Positions 1-10,658 of a DNA stretch of 64,000 nucleotides are shown here, one piece after another (the stretch's first letter is position 1; each line of letters begins with the position of its first letter). The stretch covers positions 224,001 through 288,000 of the forward strand of contig OZ245002.1 of the NCBI GenBank assembly GCA_965223415.1. The letters run 5' to 3'. Position numbers and translations under genes: made by a program. This DNA comes from Myxococcota bacterium. GTDB taxonomy: Bacteria; Myxococcota_A; UBA9160; UBA6930. The notes under the pieces were generated by a model. It did not search any database. It saw only the letters and a list, made by a program, of their open reading frames with translations, and was not told the DNA's origin.

Positions 1-63
1 GTGGACCTGGAGAGGGTGGAGCACTTCCTGAATGGCGACCTGGGCGGGTGGGACCCCGCCTAG
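1..63 (+). CDS. 3' end of a gene truncated by the window edge
   Basis: Frame 1 reads VDLERVEHFLNGDLGGWDPA* with TAG at 61-63, 4 nt before the next ATG. Confidence 0.5.
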   Translation: MDLERVEHFLNGDLGGWDPA

Positions 64-67
64 CCCC

Positions 68-1278
68 ATGCCCCGCCACCGCGTCCTGATCTTCACGGAC
101 CGCTATCCCCCGTACGACCAGGGCGGAGCCGAGCGGATCGCCTTCCTCCACGCGAGCGGATTGCGGGAGCGAGGCTACGAGGTGGAGATCGTGAGTTGCA
201 TGGAACCATCGGCCGGCGCGCAGCCGCGAACGGACACGCTTCCGGACGGAACCCGTGTGCACCGCATCTTCCCGCTCCATCCCTTCTCGGAAGACGACAC
301 GCCGGGCTTCGCCGACAAGCTGCTGGCCACCGCTCTCCAGCTCCGCCACCCCGCCATGGGACGAAAGGCACTGGACATCGTCGACGCGTTCCGGCCGGAC
401 GTCCTCCACGCCCACCACATCCAACGCTTCTCGATCGGGGCGTTCTGTCGCCTCGCGCCGGAGATCCCCCGGGTCCTCACCTTCCACATCTACGGCTTCG
501 AATGCCCGCGCGGCGGCCTCTACCGGACCTCGCGCGGCCGGATCTGCGAGGAGAAGCCCCTCCCCTGCCGGATCTACACCGCCGGCATGCGCCGGGAGCT
601 CGCGCGGGCGGACCGCATCATCGCCATCTCCCGCTTCATCGAGCAGCGCCTGCTCGACGCCGGTCACGCCCGGGAGAGGCTCGTGTACGTACCGAACGGC
701 GTGCCCGGCCTGGAGGACCGCGAGGCGCTTCCCCTGCCGCCGGACAAGCAGGTGCTCTTCGCCGGGCGCATCGTGCACAACAAGGGCCTGCGCCAGCTCC
801 TGCAGGCGTTCGCGAAGATCGCGGATCCGGAAGCCGGTCTCGCCGTGCTGGGCGACGGGCCGGAGCGCGGCGAGCTCGAGGCGGCCTTTGGTGGGGATCC
901 ACGTGTTCGCTTCCTCGGCTGGATGCCACCGGACGAGGTGGCGGCGCAGTACCGTGCGAGTCGCCTGGTGGTCGTGCCCTCCGTGTGCACGAGGTGATGA
1001 ACACCGTGATCTGCGAGGCCCAGTCCTGGGGCCGTCCCGTCGTCGCCACGCGGGTCGGCGGCAACGGCGACATGATCCGCGACGGCCACAGCGGCCTGCT
1101 GTGCGAGCCCGGTGACGTGGAGGCACTGCGCGACCGGATCGAACGGCTGCTGGCCGACGACGCGTTGTGCGAGGCCCTTGGGCGGCGCGGATTCGAGTCG
1201 CTCCGGCAGTTCACCCTCGAGCGGCACCTCGATTCGATCCAGGCACTCTACGACGAGATCGCCCCGCTGGCGGCCTAA
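68..1278 (+). CDS. Glycosyltransferase family 4, with an apparent 1-nt frameshift near 987
   Basis: N-terminal YPPYDQGGAER and FAGRIVHNKG motifs; VVVPSV continues in another frame as HEVMNTVICEAQSWGRPVVATRVGG (EX7E motif); adding one base gives PSVWHE. Confidence 0.85.
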
Positions 1279-4200
1279 CGAGGACTGCTTCGCCAGGCCA
1301 GCACCCGCCCGTCCCCCTCGATCAGCGGGACAACCACCTGGGTGTCGCTACCGACCCGTTCCGTGCGCAGCGGCAGCCCGAGAGCGACATCGACCACCGG
1401 TGCCGCGGTCCCGCGGATCGTCAGGGCGACGTCGCGGCGCTCGGCGCTGAAGTTCTGGAGCACGGCGTAGTGCCAGCCGTCTGCGCCGAGCCACACGGCG
1501 ATCCGGTCCTGGGGAGTGGCCCCCCAGGCGGCTCGACGCACTCCGGCTCGCTCGAGGATCTCTTCGAAGAAGGCGAGGCTAGCGTCGGTGGCGGGGAGGC
1601 TTCCGGCAGCGACCCGGCGGTCGAGGGGCGGAGCGAAGCCGAGGGCGGTCACGAGGCCCCGACCGACCGGCACGGCCCGGGCCACGGGCCGCCCCTCGGT
1701 GTCCTTGGCGAGCGCCTCTCCCGGGCCGTCGATCCGCAGGCGGACCTGCCCCCCGTTGTGGGGCGCGTGAAGGCGGGGGGCCGGCAGTCGCCCGCCGCGC
1801 CAGCGAATCGGCGCATCGGGCGCGGCTCCGGCGCGCAGACCGATCGGCGCCAGGAGCCCGTCCACGAGCGCCGCGTACTCGTCGTAGAGGCCGGCGCGGC
1901 CGACGATGAGCAGGTGCCCGCCGCGCTCGACCCAGGCCAGGAGGCCTGCCATCACCTCGTGCTCGAGATAGGGCGCTTGGGGCACGATGATCAGGCGCAG
2001 GTGGTCGATGGCACCGCGCTTCACCTTCTGGCGCGGCACTGTTTCGAAGGCAACGTGGATCGCGTCGAGCCACCCGTTCCAGAGGTTCGCCAAGAGGAAG
2101 GCATTCACGAAGGAATCGTCGCCGAGCCGCAGGACCGCCGGGACACCGCGTCCCTGGCTCTTGGTGGCGAAGGACCAGTACAGACCGACCTGGGCCGACT
2201 CGTGGGGCGGCGTCGCCCCAGCGAAGCCCTCCCACGCCGGCTTCCCACGGTTGAGGGCGGCGACTTCCGCGCCCGGGAGCCGGACGAATCCGTCGACCTC
2301 GCCGAAGAGCCCGGAACCTCGCTCGCCGGTCCGGCCCGAGCCGAGCAGCCCCCAGTGGTGCTCCTCCTGCTCGACGACGCCCCGCGCCCACGTGTAGAGG
2401 GTGTAGAACCGAGCGCGCCACTGGTGCCCGCGTTCGCTCTTCGGCGTCCAGCCGTAGCCGGCGCGCGTGGCCTTCAGCTCGTTGTTTTCGCCGCGCTGGC
2501 CGCGGCGCGCGGCCAAGCCGGGGTTGTACCACGGCAGCGAGGTCGGCCAGTTGTGGCTCGACACCCGGTCGAGCACCCCGCTGAGCGCGAAGAAGTCGAC
2601 GCCCGAGAGGGGGCCCTGCTGGTTCAGGCTCCCGACGATCGCGTGGCGGTCGTCTGCAGCGCGGTAGGCGTCGGCTACGCGAGCGACGTAGCCGGTGACG
2701 GCCTCGGCACGAAAGTCGACGAAGTCGAACCAGTTGGCCCGTTCGCCCCGGTTCGATGGGAAGCGCACGGGCGAATGGATGGTGTCGAAGCCCGTGTGCC
2801 GCGTGCCCCAACGCCGATTCAGCACGTCGATGCTTCCGTGCCGCCGCTTCAGGAAGGCCCGGTAGGGGGATTGGATATGCGGACCGTGGGCGTCTTCCTG
2901 GCGCAGCACCCGCTCGATGGTGACGACCCGCGAGTTGATCCAGGGCTCCTCCGCGTGTTCCTCGGCCTTCTGCGCCAGCCAGGCGTCGTACTCCGGTGAC
3001 ACATAGACGGGATCGAACACCGGAACCTGCCGGCTCGACGTGCGCGAGCGCCCCGTCGCCAGGTCGACGGCCGTGTGCGTTCGAGTACGCGCCCATGGTG
3101 CCTCCTTCACCGGAGGAAGCGACTTCATGAACTCGTAGAGACTCACTCGGGGGCCGCCGCGGGCGGCCAGCACCTGAGCATCGAAGGCCCAGTCCGTGTA
3201 GCTCTCCATTCCGGCGCGCTGCATCGCGTCGAGGAGCGGCCCGTCGCGGAAACCCCAGCGCACGGGGGTCGAGGCGAAGCCATAGACCAGCTCGGCGCCA
3301 GGAAGCGGCGCCCGGGCTCGAGGCGCCGCAGCGCGGGCATCGCGGACGCCGGCGGCGAGGCGGTCGGCGAGGGACGTGAGCACTCGGGCTCTCTTCTCGG
3401 CCCGGGCCGCGAGCTCCGGGTAGCGGCGCCAGGCGGCATCGGGGGGGCCGGCGCGGGCCTCATGATAGGCGTCGAGGATCGCGAGCGCGGCGGGCAGGTT
3501 GCGTGCGAGCTCGGCCTCGAGCGCCGCGGCCGTCGGCGCCTCCGCGTGCCGCGCCAACAGCGCGAGATCGCGCCATGCGTACTCGGCCCGCACGAGGTCC
3601 GTCCGGAGCGACTCGAGGGCCTCCTTCAGGCGGCTGAGCTGGGCGTAGTCGTCGGCGCCCCGCTCCTCCGGAAACGGCGCTGACATCTGTCGCACCAGCC
3701 CGGCGAGGACGGTGGCGGCGCCGCGGCCTTCGAGCAGGGTGTGGCCGCGGCGATCCGGATGGGTCACGTCCACGAAGCCGGTGGTGGCGCCATCGAAGAC
3801 TCGGCAGTGGTGGCGCACCAGCACAGCCTGCTGCGCGAGAAGCTTGCCGTCGTCGGTGAAGAAGCCGAAGGGCACGCGCCGCAGGTCCTCCCGGTAGGCC
3901 CGGTTTCCCGTGGTGTCGCGGGAGTAGCGATGGACCCAGGCCTGGATCGAGCGGGTTCCGCCGCCGGCGACCCCGACGCGGCGGGGCAGGTCGGCGATCG
4001 CCGGCAGCCGCGGCTCGGCAGCCCGCAGCTCGACGCGTCCCCGCTTCGGGAGCCCCGGGAGCTCCCCGGTCTCGAAGTAGAGGTGAAGGTCCGGCCCCAG
4101 GCCCGGGACGAACTTCTCGGCCCCGTTGTGCCCGGTGCGCAGCGGCACGCCTTCGAACAGGAGGTCCAACCCTTCCGCGTGGCGGGGCGGAAGCAGCCGC

Positions 4201-4475
4201 CAGTAGGACACGGGGAGATCGCGGGAGCGGGGAACGACCAGGAGATCCAGGGCTTCGAGGCCGCCGCCGGCTGCCCGGGCCTCGTCGACGACCGTGGCCG
4301 GGAGGCCCTCCCCGTGGAGCCAAACGCGAAGCGTCTCCGCCCGCTCCTCCGCACCGTCGAAGCTCGCGACTGCGATCCGGAGGCTCGCCGTGTCCTCGAT
4401 GCCCGCGCTCACCCGCGGCGCACAGGCCAGGAGGACGAGGAGGAGAACGCCGGCCTGGGGAGCCGCCCGGCGCAT
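1275..4475 (-). CDS. Secreted GH42/beta-galactosidase-like protein with C-terminal trimerisation-type domain (~1066 aa)
   Basis: Signal peptide MRRAAPQAGVLLLVLLAC; GH42-like FLKRRHGSIDVLNRRWGT...WFDFVDFR; C-terminal LIIVPQAPYL...WVERGGHLL; ATG overlaps the upstream TGA. Confidence 0.6.
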   Translation of the reverse strand: MRRAAPQAGVLLLVLLACAPRVSAGIEDTASLRIAVASFDGAEERAETLRVWLHGEGLPATVVDEARAAGGGLEALDLLVVPRSRDLPVSYWRLLPPRHAEGLDLLFEGVPLRTGHNGAEKFVPGLGPDLHLYFETGELPGLPKRGRVELRAAEPRLPAIADLPRRVGVAGGGTRSIQAWVHRYSRDTTGNRAYREDLRRVPFGFFTDDGKLLAQQAVLVRHHCRVFDGATTGFVDVTHPDRRGHTLLEGRGAATVLAGLVRQMSAPFPEERGADDYAQLSRLKEALESLRTDLVRAEYAWRDLALLARHAEAPTAAALEAELARNLPAALAILDAYHEARAGPPDAAWRRYPELAARAEKRARVLTSLADRLAAGVRDARAAAPRARAPLPGAELVYGFASTPVRWGFRDGPLLDAMQRAGMESYTDWAFDAQVLAARGGPRVSLYEFMKSLPPVKEAPWARTRTHTAVDLATGRSRTSSRQVPVFDPVYVSPEYDAWLAQKAEEHAEEPWINSRVVTIERVLRQEDAHGPHIQSPYRAFLKRRHGSIDVLNRRWGTRHTGFDTIHSPVRFPSNRGERANWFDFVDFRAEAVTGYVARVADAYRAADDRHAIVGSLNQQGPLSGVDFFALSGVLDRVSSHNWPTSLPWYNPGLAARRGQRGENNELKATRAGYGWTPKSERGHQWRARFYTLYTWARGVVEQEEHHWGLLGSGRTGERGSGLFGEVDGFVRLPGAEVAALNRGKPAWEGFAGATPPHESAQVGLYWSFATKSQGRGVPAVLRLGDDSFVNAFLLANLWNGWLDAIHVAFETVPRQKVKRGAIDHLRLIIVPQAPYLEHEVMAGLLAWVERGGHLLIVGRAGLYDEYAALVDGLLAPIGLRAGAAPDAPIRWRGGRLPAPRLHAPHNGGQVRLRIDGPGEALAKDTEGRPVARAVPVGRGLVTALGFAPPLDRRVAAGSLPATDASLAFFEEILERAGVRRAAWGATPQDRIAVWLGADGWHYAVLQNFSAERRDVALTIRGTAAPVVDVALGLPLRTERVGSDTQVVVPLIEGDGRVLAWRSSPR

Positions 4476-5554
4476 CAGGCGGGTAGCAAGAGGTCCAGGT
4501 ACCTCTGGGCGGCGGCGGCTGGCCGCGTCCGGGCCAACAGCTCCTCGGCCCCCTCGAGGGAAGGCGGCGCCGGAGGATCGGCAAGGAAGGCCAGGATCGC
4601 TTGGCGGATCTCCTTGGGGCCGTGAGGCGACGGGACGTAGCTGGCCGCGTCGCCCAGGATCTCGCGGGCCACGGCGATGTCCGATGCCACCATCGGCTTG
4701 CGCACCAGCTTCGATTCGACGTACGGCATCCCGAAGCCCTCGTAGATCGAAGGCATCACCACGGCGGAGCAGCGGCGGAACAATTCGTCGCGGAGGCTTG
4801 CGTCCACGTAGCCGAGCACGTGGATGTTCGCACCGCGGCCGGGGAACAGGTCCTCGGTGAACGCCCCGATGAAGACGAAGTCCGGCAGGTCGACGCCCTC
4901 GGTCTCGAGCTCGCGCAAGGCGGCGACCAGGTTCGGAATGTTCTTGTGGGGCTTCATGGACGAGGGCACCAGAAGGAAGGGTTCCCGGAACGGGAGATCG
5001 TCCGTGGCTGCGTTCCTCTCCCCAGCGGCCACCTCGCGGATGACCGTCGGCGGATAGATCACCTCGACGTGGTCGCGCCCGTAGTACTGGCAGATCTCGT
5101 CGGCCATCGCGTGGGACAAGGTCACCAACACCTTCGACCGCTTGGCCGCGTACGCGATGTTCGTCCGGTGGTGGAGCAGGATGTACCAAGGCCAGAGCTC
5201 GGGATGCTTGGTGAACTGGATGTCGTTCACGGTCGTGACTGAATGCCGGAACGTCACGAACGGGCGGACGTTGCCGGGGAACAGGAAGGCGTCGTAGGCG
5301 AGGCCCAGGAAGGGCACGACGGCCTGCTGCCACAGGATCCGCTGGATCCGATTGGCCAGGGACACGGGACGGATCGTGAAGGCCCCGGCAAAGCGGGTGA
5401 AGAAGTCCCCCTGATCGCGGCGCACGTAGAGGGAGATCGAGACGTTGCCGGGGCACACCTCGGAGAACCCCTCCAACAGGTTCTCCAGGAGGGCCTCGAA
5501 GCCTCCCACCTCCCCCCGGACGAGGTGCGTGCAGTCGATCGCGATCTTCTTCAC
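4475..5554 (-). CDS. Glycosyltransferase family 4
   Basis: PHKNIPNL and VMPSIYEGFGMPYVES motifs. Confidence 0.9.
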   Translation of the reverse strand: MKKIAIDCTHLVRGEVGGFEALLENLLEGFSEVCPGNVSISLYVRRDQGDFFTRFAGAFTIRPVSLANRIQRILWQQAVVPFLGLAYDAFLFPGNVRPFVTFRHSVTTVNDIQFTKHPELWPWYILLHHRTNIAYAAKRSKVLVTLSHAMADEICQYYGRDHVEVIYPPTVIREVAAGERNAATDDLPFREPFLLVPSSMKPHKNIPNLVAALRELETEGVDLPDFVFIGAFTEDLFPGRGANIHVLGYVDASLRDELFRRCSAVVMPSIYEGFGMPYVESKLVRKPMVASDIAVAREILGDAASYVPSPHGPKEIRQAILAFLADPPAPPSLEGAEELLARTRPAAAAQRYLDLLLPA

Positions 5555-5723
5555 GGTTGGCGGAGTATCCTTCCACGCCGATCAGGCGCAAACGCGAGCT
5601 TCGACCGATACCGGTTCGGGCTTGATCAGCGGATCTCCCGGGTCTGCCCCGCGGGGACTGCGTCTCCGGGGCGGGAAGACCCAAAGAATGCATCGGGGTG
5701 GTCCGATACACTCCCGAACCGCC

Positions 5724-6836
5724 ATGGCTGCCACCCTCATCCTCTTCGTCGACGGCCTGCCCTTCGACCAGCTCGAGAACATGCCGTTCGCGCGGAGCCT
5801 CCCGGCCCAGGCCCGGCTGATTCCGGTGCTCGGCTACAGCGTGAACTGCCAGACCCAGCTCTTCACGGGCAAGAGCCCGGACGAGCTGGGCTTCTGGTGC
5901 GAGTACAGCCTGGACCCCGAGGGCTCGCCCTACCGGCCGCTCCGGCCCCTGCTGAAGGCCCTGGCCCCCCTCGAGCGCAGCTACCTGGTGAAACGGGTGA
6001 TCCACCGGCTCATGGACCGGTTCGGTCCGGGCGGGCATTCGAAGAACATCCCGCTCACCTACCTGCCGCTGTTCCACGAGACCGGGCACACCGTCTTCGC
6101 CCGCGAGTTCGACCAGCCGTCGCTCCTGGATCATCCGGATCTCACCTGCTTCCTCTACCGGGACTTCCGGAACGGGCCGGACATCGACCGCTCGATCCAC
6201 GAGGCGGCACTGCGTCACCTCGAGAACGGCTCCGGGAGCAGCGTGCTGTGCTCCTTCGTGCGACTCGACCACGTGTCGCACTGGAGCGGTGTCGGCTCGG
6301 AGCCCTACAACGAGATGCTCGCGGAGAACGACGAGTCGTTCCGACAGCTCACCGAGGCTTTTCTCGCCAAGCAGCCGGACGGAACCGTGCTCGTGGTCTC
6401 GGACCACGGCATGGCGAACATCCACTCCCACGTGACGATCGATCTCGAGAGCCGGTTCGGCCGGCCCTCCGCCGACGGCTACGCCTACTTCACGGAGGGC
6501 ACGCTGCTCCGAGTCTGGCTCCAGGACGCGAGCCTCCGCGAGCCGATGGTGGACTACCTCGCGGGCATCGACGGACTGGAGCCGATCTCCGACGAGGACC
6601 GGCGGCGAGACGGCATCACCCGCCCCGAGTTCGGCGACCTCATCTACCACACGCCGGAAGGGACGCAGATCGTTCCGAGCTTCTGGGGACCCAAGCCCTC
6701 GGCGGGAATGCACGGCCACCACCCGCGACACGCGGGCCAGCACGGGATCTGCCTGTCGAACAAGGAGCTGCTGCCGAAGGACCGCCTCTCGGCCAGTGAC
6801 TTCCACGCAATCGCGTCTGCGGCCCTGGATTCCTGA
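5724..6836 (+). CDS. Alkaline phosphatase superfamily (NPP/phosphodiesterase-like) protein
   Basis: LFVDGL, LDHVSH, VVSDHGM and C-terminal GMHG metal-ligand motifs. Confidence 0.8.
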   Translation: MAATLILFVDGLPFDQLENMPFARSLPAQARLIPVLGYSVNCQTQLFTGKSPDELGFWCEYSLDPEGSPYRPLRPLLKALAPLERSYLVKRVIHRLMDRFGPGGHSKNIPLTYLPLFHETGHTVFAREFDQPSLLDHPDLTCFLYRDFRNGPDIDRSIHEAALRHLENGSGSSVLCSFVRLDHVSHWSGVGSEPYNEMLAENDESFRQLTEAFLAKQPDGTVLVVSDHGMANIHSHVTIDLESRFGRPSADGYAYFTEGTLLRVWLQDASLREPMVDYLAGIDGLEPISDEDRRRDGITRPEFGDLIYHTPEGTQIVPSFWGPKPSAGMHGHHPRHAGQHGICLSNKELLPKDRLSASDFHAIASAALDS

Positions 6837-6846
6837 GGCCAGATGC

Positions 6847-8010
6847 GTGGAGCCGGCGGCTCTCTGCGACCGCCACGGCTACCCGGCGCCGCTGGCCGAC
6901 GCGCTGGAGGAGCTCTCGGAGGCGGCGTCCGCCTGCCTGCCGGGCCTGCGAGCCGTGATCGTGTCCGGGAGTCTCGCGACGGGCGACTTCCTGTGGCGGC
7001 CGCGGGGCGACGCGGGCGGGGTCGAGCTGCTGTCGGACGTCGACGCCTTCGCCTTCGCCCCGCTCGGCGTGGCCGACGTGCCCGAGCTACGCCGGCGCCT
7101 GCGAAAGATCGAGGCTCGCACGGGATCGGTCCACTTCAAGATCGATCTCTCGGTTTCACCGCCCAGCGCGCTCGCCAGGATTCCCGCCACCTACCAGATG
7201 GCCGAAACGCGACGGGCGGGCTACGTGCTCGCAGGCGAGGACCTCCGGGCTGCATTCCCCGACCACTTCGACCCCCGCGCTTCCCGCCAGTCGTTCCTCG
7301 CCAATCTGTGGAAGCCGATCGCGGCATGGTGCGACCGCGAAGCGGACGGCGGCCTGGCCTTTTCCCTCGCCGCCTCGCGCCTGCTGGTGGACGTCGCGTT
7401 GCTGGCCGCCTCGGAGGATGGCCTGTGCCTCCCCGGCCACCGTGCTCGTTGTGAACGCTTCCTCGCAGGCGGCCCCCCCGAAAGCCTGGCCAGCGACGAG
7501 AGCCTGCGATGGGCCGTCGAGGCGGGCTGGGCGGCTCGCCTCGAGCCACCCGGGCAGGCCGGGAACCTCGAGCCGCTGCTGGCACCGACGGTGGCGCGCA
7601 CCGTGGCGCTCCTCGACGGCGGCGGGCCGCCGCCGGCCGATCCGGGCGCCGGGCTGGTCCGCCGCCTCGCCAGCTGGCTGCCTCCGCGCACGATGCGACG
7701 GCGCCTCGGAGAGCTGCGCACCGTGCTCCGCCGGCCCTCCCGCCCGGATCGGGACCTGCGATGGCTCCTCGACCGCAAGGAGGCGGTGGCAGGCGCCTGT
7801 CTGCTGGGTTGGCTCGTCTGGCTGGGCAGCGAGGGCGAGGGCCCGCCGCCGGCGGGGGTGGGCCATCTCCTCGCGACCCTGGCCCGACGACCCTCGACGC
7901 CGGGGCTGGACGCCGGGTTCCACGGGAAGGCGGCCCAACTCTATCGAGAGGCCTGGCGCGAGTACTCCCCTTCGGCGGCGAATACGATCGACGACCGGCG
8001 GGACGAGTGA
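6847..8010 (+). CDS. Nucleotidyltransferase-fold protein
   Basis: VIVSGSLATGD...SDVD matches the hG[GS]...DxD Pol-beta NTase signature. Confidence 0.6.
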   Translation: MEPAALCDRHGYPAPLADALEELSEAASACLPGLRAVIVSGSLATGDFLWRPRGDAGGVELLSDVDAFAFAPLGVADVPELRRRLRKIEARTGSVHFKIDLSVSPPSALARIPATYQMAETRRAGYVLAGEDLRAAFPDHFDPRASRQSFLANLWKPIAAWCDREADGGLAFSLAASRLLVDVALLAASEDGLCLPGHRARCERFLAGGPPESLASDESLRWAVEAGWAARLEPPGQAGNLEPLLAPTVARTVALLDGGGPPPADPGAGLVRRLASWLPPRTMRRRLGELRTVLRRPSRPDRDLRWLLDRKEAVAGACLLGWLVWLGSEGEGPPPAGVGHLLATLARRPSTPGLDAGFHGKAAQLYREAWREYSPSAANTIDDRRDE

Positions 8011-8020
8011 ACCGCGTGCG

Positions 8021-8983
8021 TCAGGGCATCGACGGACATCGAACCCGCTCCCATTCGGACGCGAGTTCTTCGATCTCGTCCTGGGAGGCCGCCGACTTCC
8101 GCCGTGACGGCTCGAGTACCGGCAGAGGCGCCTTGGTGAGCCGCAGGGCTTCGCCGGTCCGGTCGAGGTAGAACCCTGCCACCTCGTCCAACATCTGGCC
8201 TGGCGATTCGCACATCTGGAGGTAGTCGACGACGAGTCTTCGCTCCGGCCCAACCGCTCGGATGTCCCGCTCGATGTCTTCTTCGATGTGGTGCACCTGG
8301 CCGACGATCTGGCGCGCCCAACCCTCGCGGCGAAGGTCCGCGATGGCACTCGGCATCGTCCACAGCCATTTGTCCCTGGAGCCCTTGACGGAACGCCGCG
8401 CCTCCAGGATCGAGACGGCCACATCCAGAAGATCCCGTCTCACCTGAATGAACAGCGCGTTGGGAAAGAGATCGGCCAAAGCCCGAATCCGGACGCTGTG
8501 TTTCGTGTTCTTCGAAACGAAGGGCTCCCCGACCATCTGCTCCAGAGCCGCGACGGTCCGGCGAATGAGTGCCTTCGTGGGAACGTCGAGGTAGCTCTCA
8601 TCGGTGTAGTTGAAGCGCTGCCGATCCTCGGTCGGAAACCACCGGTTCCAGACGGGTCCCCCTTCATTCGGAGCCTGGGGACCGACCTCGTAGCCGTATC
8701 GGCTCGCGAAGGAGGTCTCGTGGGGCCGCAGGACACGCCGGCCGAGGCGAGAGGCCAGAACCGGAGCGCCGCGCAGCCTGCAAGCGAAGTTGGTTAGGTA
8801 GGAGCAGCCGAAGTTCCTGGTCATGAGCTGGTAGAACAGCGTGGTTCCCGACCGCGGAGGTCCGATGATGAAGAGGGGTGCGTGCTCGAGCGTCTCGGGA
8901 ACCCCGGCCAGCATCTGTGGCTCAAGGAAGGAGCCGACCCGATTCAGGATCCCGACCGCACCCTCTGCGAACACCCGGACCAT
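8021..8983 (-). CDS. Sulfotransferase
   Basis: PAPS-binding FIIGPPRSGTT, plus KN..H..R and VRRD..DVAVS motifs. Confidence 0.9.
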   Translation of the reverse strand: MVRVFAEGAVGILNRVGSFLEPQMLAGVPETLEHAPLFIIGPPRSGTTLFYQLMTRNFGCSYLTNFACRLRGAPVLASRLGRRVLRPHETSFASRYGYEVGPQAPNEGGPVWNRWFPTEDRQRFNYTDESYLDVPTKALIRRTVAALEQMVGEPFVSKNTKHSVRIRALADLFPNALFIQVRRDLLDVAVSILEARRSVKGSRDKWLWTMPSAIADLRREGWARQIVGQVHHIEEDIERDIRAVGPERRLVVDYLQMCESPGQMLDEVAGFYLDRTGEALRLTKAPLPVLEPSRRKSAASQDEIEELASEWERVRCPSMP

Positions 8984-9203
8984 GCTGCCACCTCACCCTG
9001 CCTCGGACCCAGGACGCCCGGGTTCCTCACCACCCCCGTAGTAGTGGTCGCCGCCGGGGCAAGATGTCATTGCCCGGGCGCGACGCGCCGCGGTGGGCGA
9101 CAAGAAGGGTCGGCGGGTTTCCCTTTGATCGCAAGGGGTTCGGTGACTCGGTGCACGTCCGCGCGAGGCCGCGCCAGCGGCGCGGGCCAGGGGGCCCCCT
9201 GGC

Positions 9204-10640
9204 TCAGGCGCCGACGCCTGGCCGACGCTGGCTCCGCAGGAAGCGCCAGACCCGCGTCGTCTCTCCGCTGGCGGTCAACAGGACCGGGTACACGACGAAG
9301 GGGACACCCAGCACCGCGAGCACCGGCCAGCCCGCGACTTCGGCCGCGATTCCCGCGCCGACAGCGCCTCCGAAGGACAGGGCGGTGGTGACCAGGACCC
9401 GGAAGATCGGGCCCATTCTCGCGAGGCCACCGAGCCCCGCCAGGTAGCTCGCCAGGAGGACTCCCTCGCTGATGAGGAGTGCCGCCAGTGCGCCGCCGAC
9501 GCCGAAAGCGGGAGCCGCGATCACTACCAACAGCGCTCGCACCGCGCTCCCGATCATGAGGCTTCGCGCTCGGTGGGCCTGGCGCCCGCACGCCGTTAGC
9601 AGGGTCGCCAGAGCTGCGGTGCCGAAGGTGATCCAGGCGTAGATGGCGCCCGCCCGAAAGAGAGGCGCCAACCCCTCGAAGTCCTCGCCGAAGATCCAGC
9701 GGAGGAGGAAGGACGCCAGGGCAAACAAACCGGTCGCAGCTGCGCCACCGGCTGTGAGCGAGAAGGTGAGCGCTTGGGGCGCGACCCACCCGAACTCCTC
9801 CCGACTCCGCGAGAAGACGCGCGACGCGGTCGGTAGGACGGCGTGCCCGGCCATCATGCTGAGGAAGCCCGTGAGCCGAAGCAGACGAGTGATGGCGGCG
9901 TACTCGCCCACAACCGCGAGAGGCAACATGACGGACATCAAGAGGATGTCCACGTGACTATGGACGGCACTCCCCAGGGCGGCAGCCGCGTATGGCATCG
10001 CGTCACGCAGGGTCGCGAAACGCGGCGGCCATCCCATGCGCAGTCGGGCGAAGCGGCTCGCGAAGCGCCGGCTCCACAAGAACTGACACGAGGCGGACGT
10101 CAGAGCCAGGATTCCGACGACGAGGAGAGGGGCTCCCTGGGAGATGAAGAGCGCCGCCCCGCCCGCGAAGAAGAGGCCGTGCAGAACATGGGAGATCCCT
10201 TCGAGGCCCAGGCGCTCTCGAGCCCGGCATATCGAGTGGTTCAAGTAGCTCCAGGACTGGGTAAGCGAGTTGAGGGACATCAGCACGGTCAGTACCAGAA
10301 CTTCGGCGGTGTACGGCAACGTCAGATAGAGGACCGCGAGGATCACGAGGAAGACCAGCGTGATCGGAACCTTGAGCGCCAGCGACCGCGCGTACTCGTC
10401 TCCCAGCTCTGCAGGACGCACGGCGCCTTCGCGCACGAGTCTCGGCGAGAGGCCCATGTCGGCGCCTAGCACGAAGTAGGAGGCGATGGCGGTCGCACTA
10501 GCGTAGGCCCCGAGGCCCTCCGCGCCGAAGGCCCGGGCGATGGTCGCGTTCAGCAGCAGGATGAAGATGCGGCTGACGAAGTTCGAGAGCGTGATCGCGC
10601 CGATGTTGCCCGCGATCCGTTGGAGGCCCGAGGTCGCCAA
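9204..10640 (-). CDS. Polysaccharide flippase (Wzx/MOP family)
   Basis: Many TM helices; IARAFGAEGLGAY, ADMGLSPRLVRE, VDILLM...VGEY. Confidence 0.9.
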   Translation of the reverse strand: MATSGLQRIAGNIGAITLSNFVSRIFILLLNATIARAFGAEGLGAYASATAIASYFVLGADMGLSPRLVREGAVRPAELGDEYARSLALKVPITLVFLVILAVLYLTLPYTAEVLVLTVLMSLNSLTQSWSYLNHSICRARERLGLEGISHVLHGLFFAGGAALFISQGAPLLVVGILALTSASCQFLWSRRFASRFARLRMGWPPRFATLRDAMPYAAAALGSAVHSHVDILLMSVMLPLAVVGEYAAITRLLRLTGFLSMMAGHAVLPTASRVFSRSREEFGWVAPQALTFSLTAGGAAATGLFALASFLLRWIFGEDFEGLAPLFRAGAIYAWITFGTAALATLLTACGRQAHRARSLMIGSAVRALLVVIAAPAFGVGGALAALLISEGVLLASYLAGLGGLARMGPIFRVLVTTALSFGGAVGAGIAAEVAGWPVLAVLGVPFVVYPVLLTASGETTRVWRFLRSQRRPGVGA

Positions 10641-10658
10641 GGTCCCTACCGAAGGCGC

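Noticed and set aside
4476..6806. N-terminal ~780 aa of the 1843-aa minus-strand ORF
   Set aside because: Shadow frame overlapping the GT4 and antisense to the phosphatase; the real gene starts at the signal peptide at 4475
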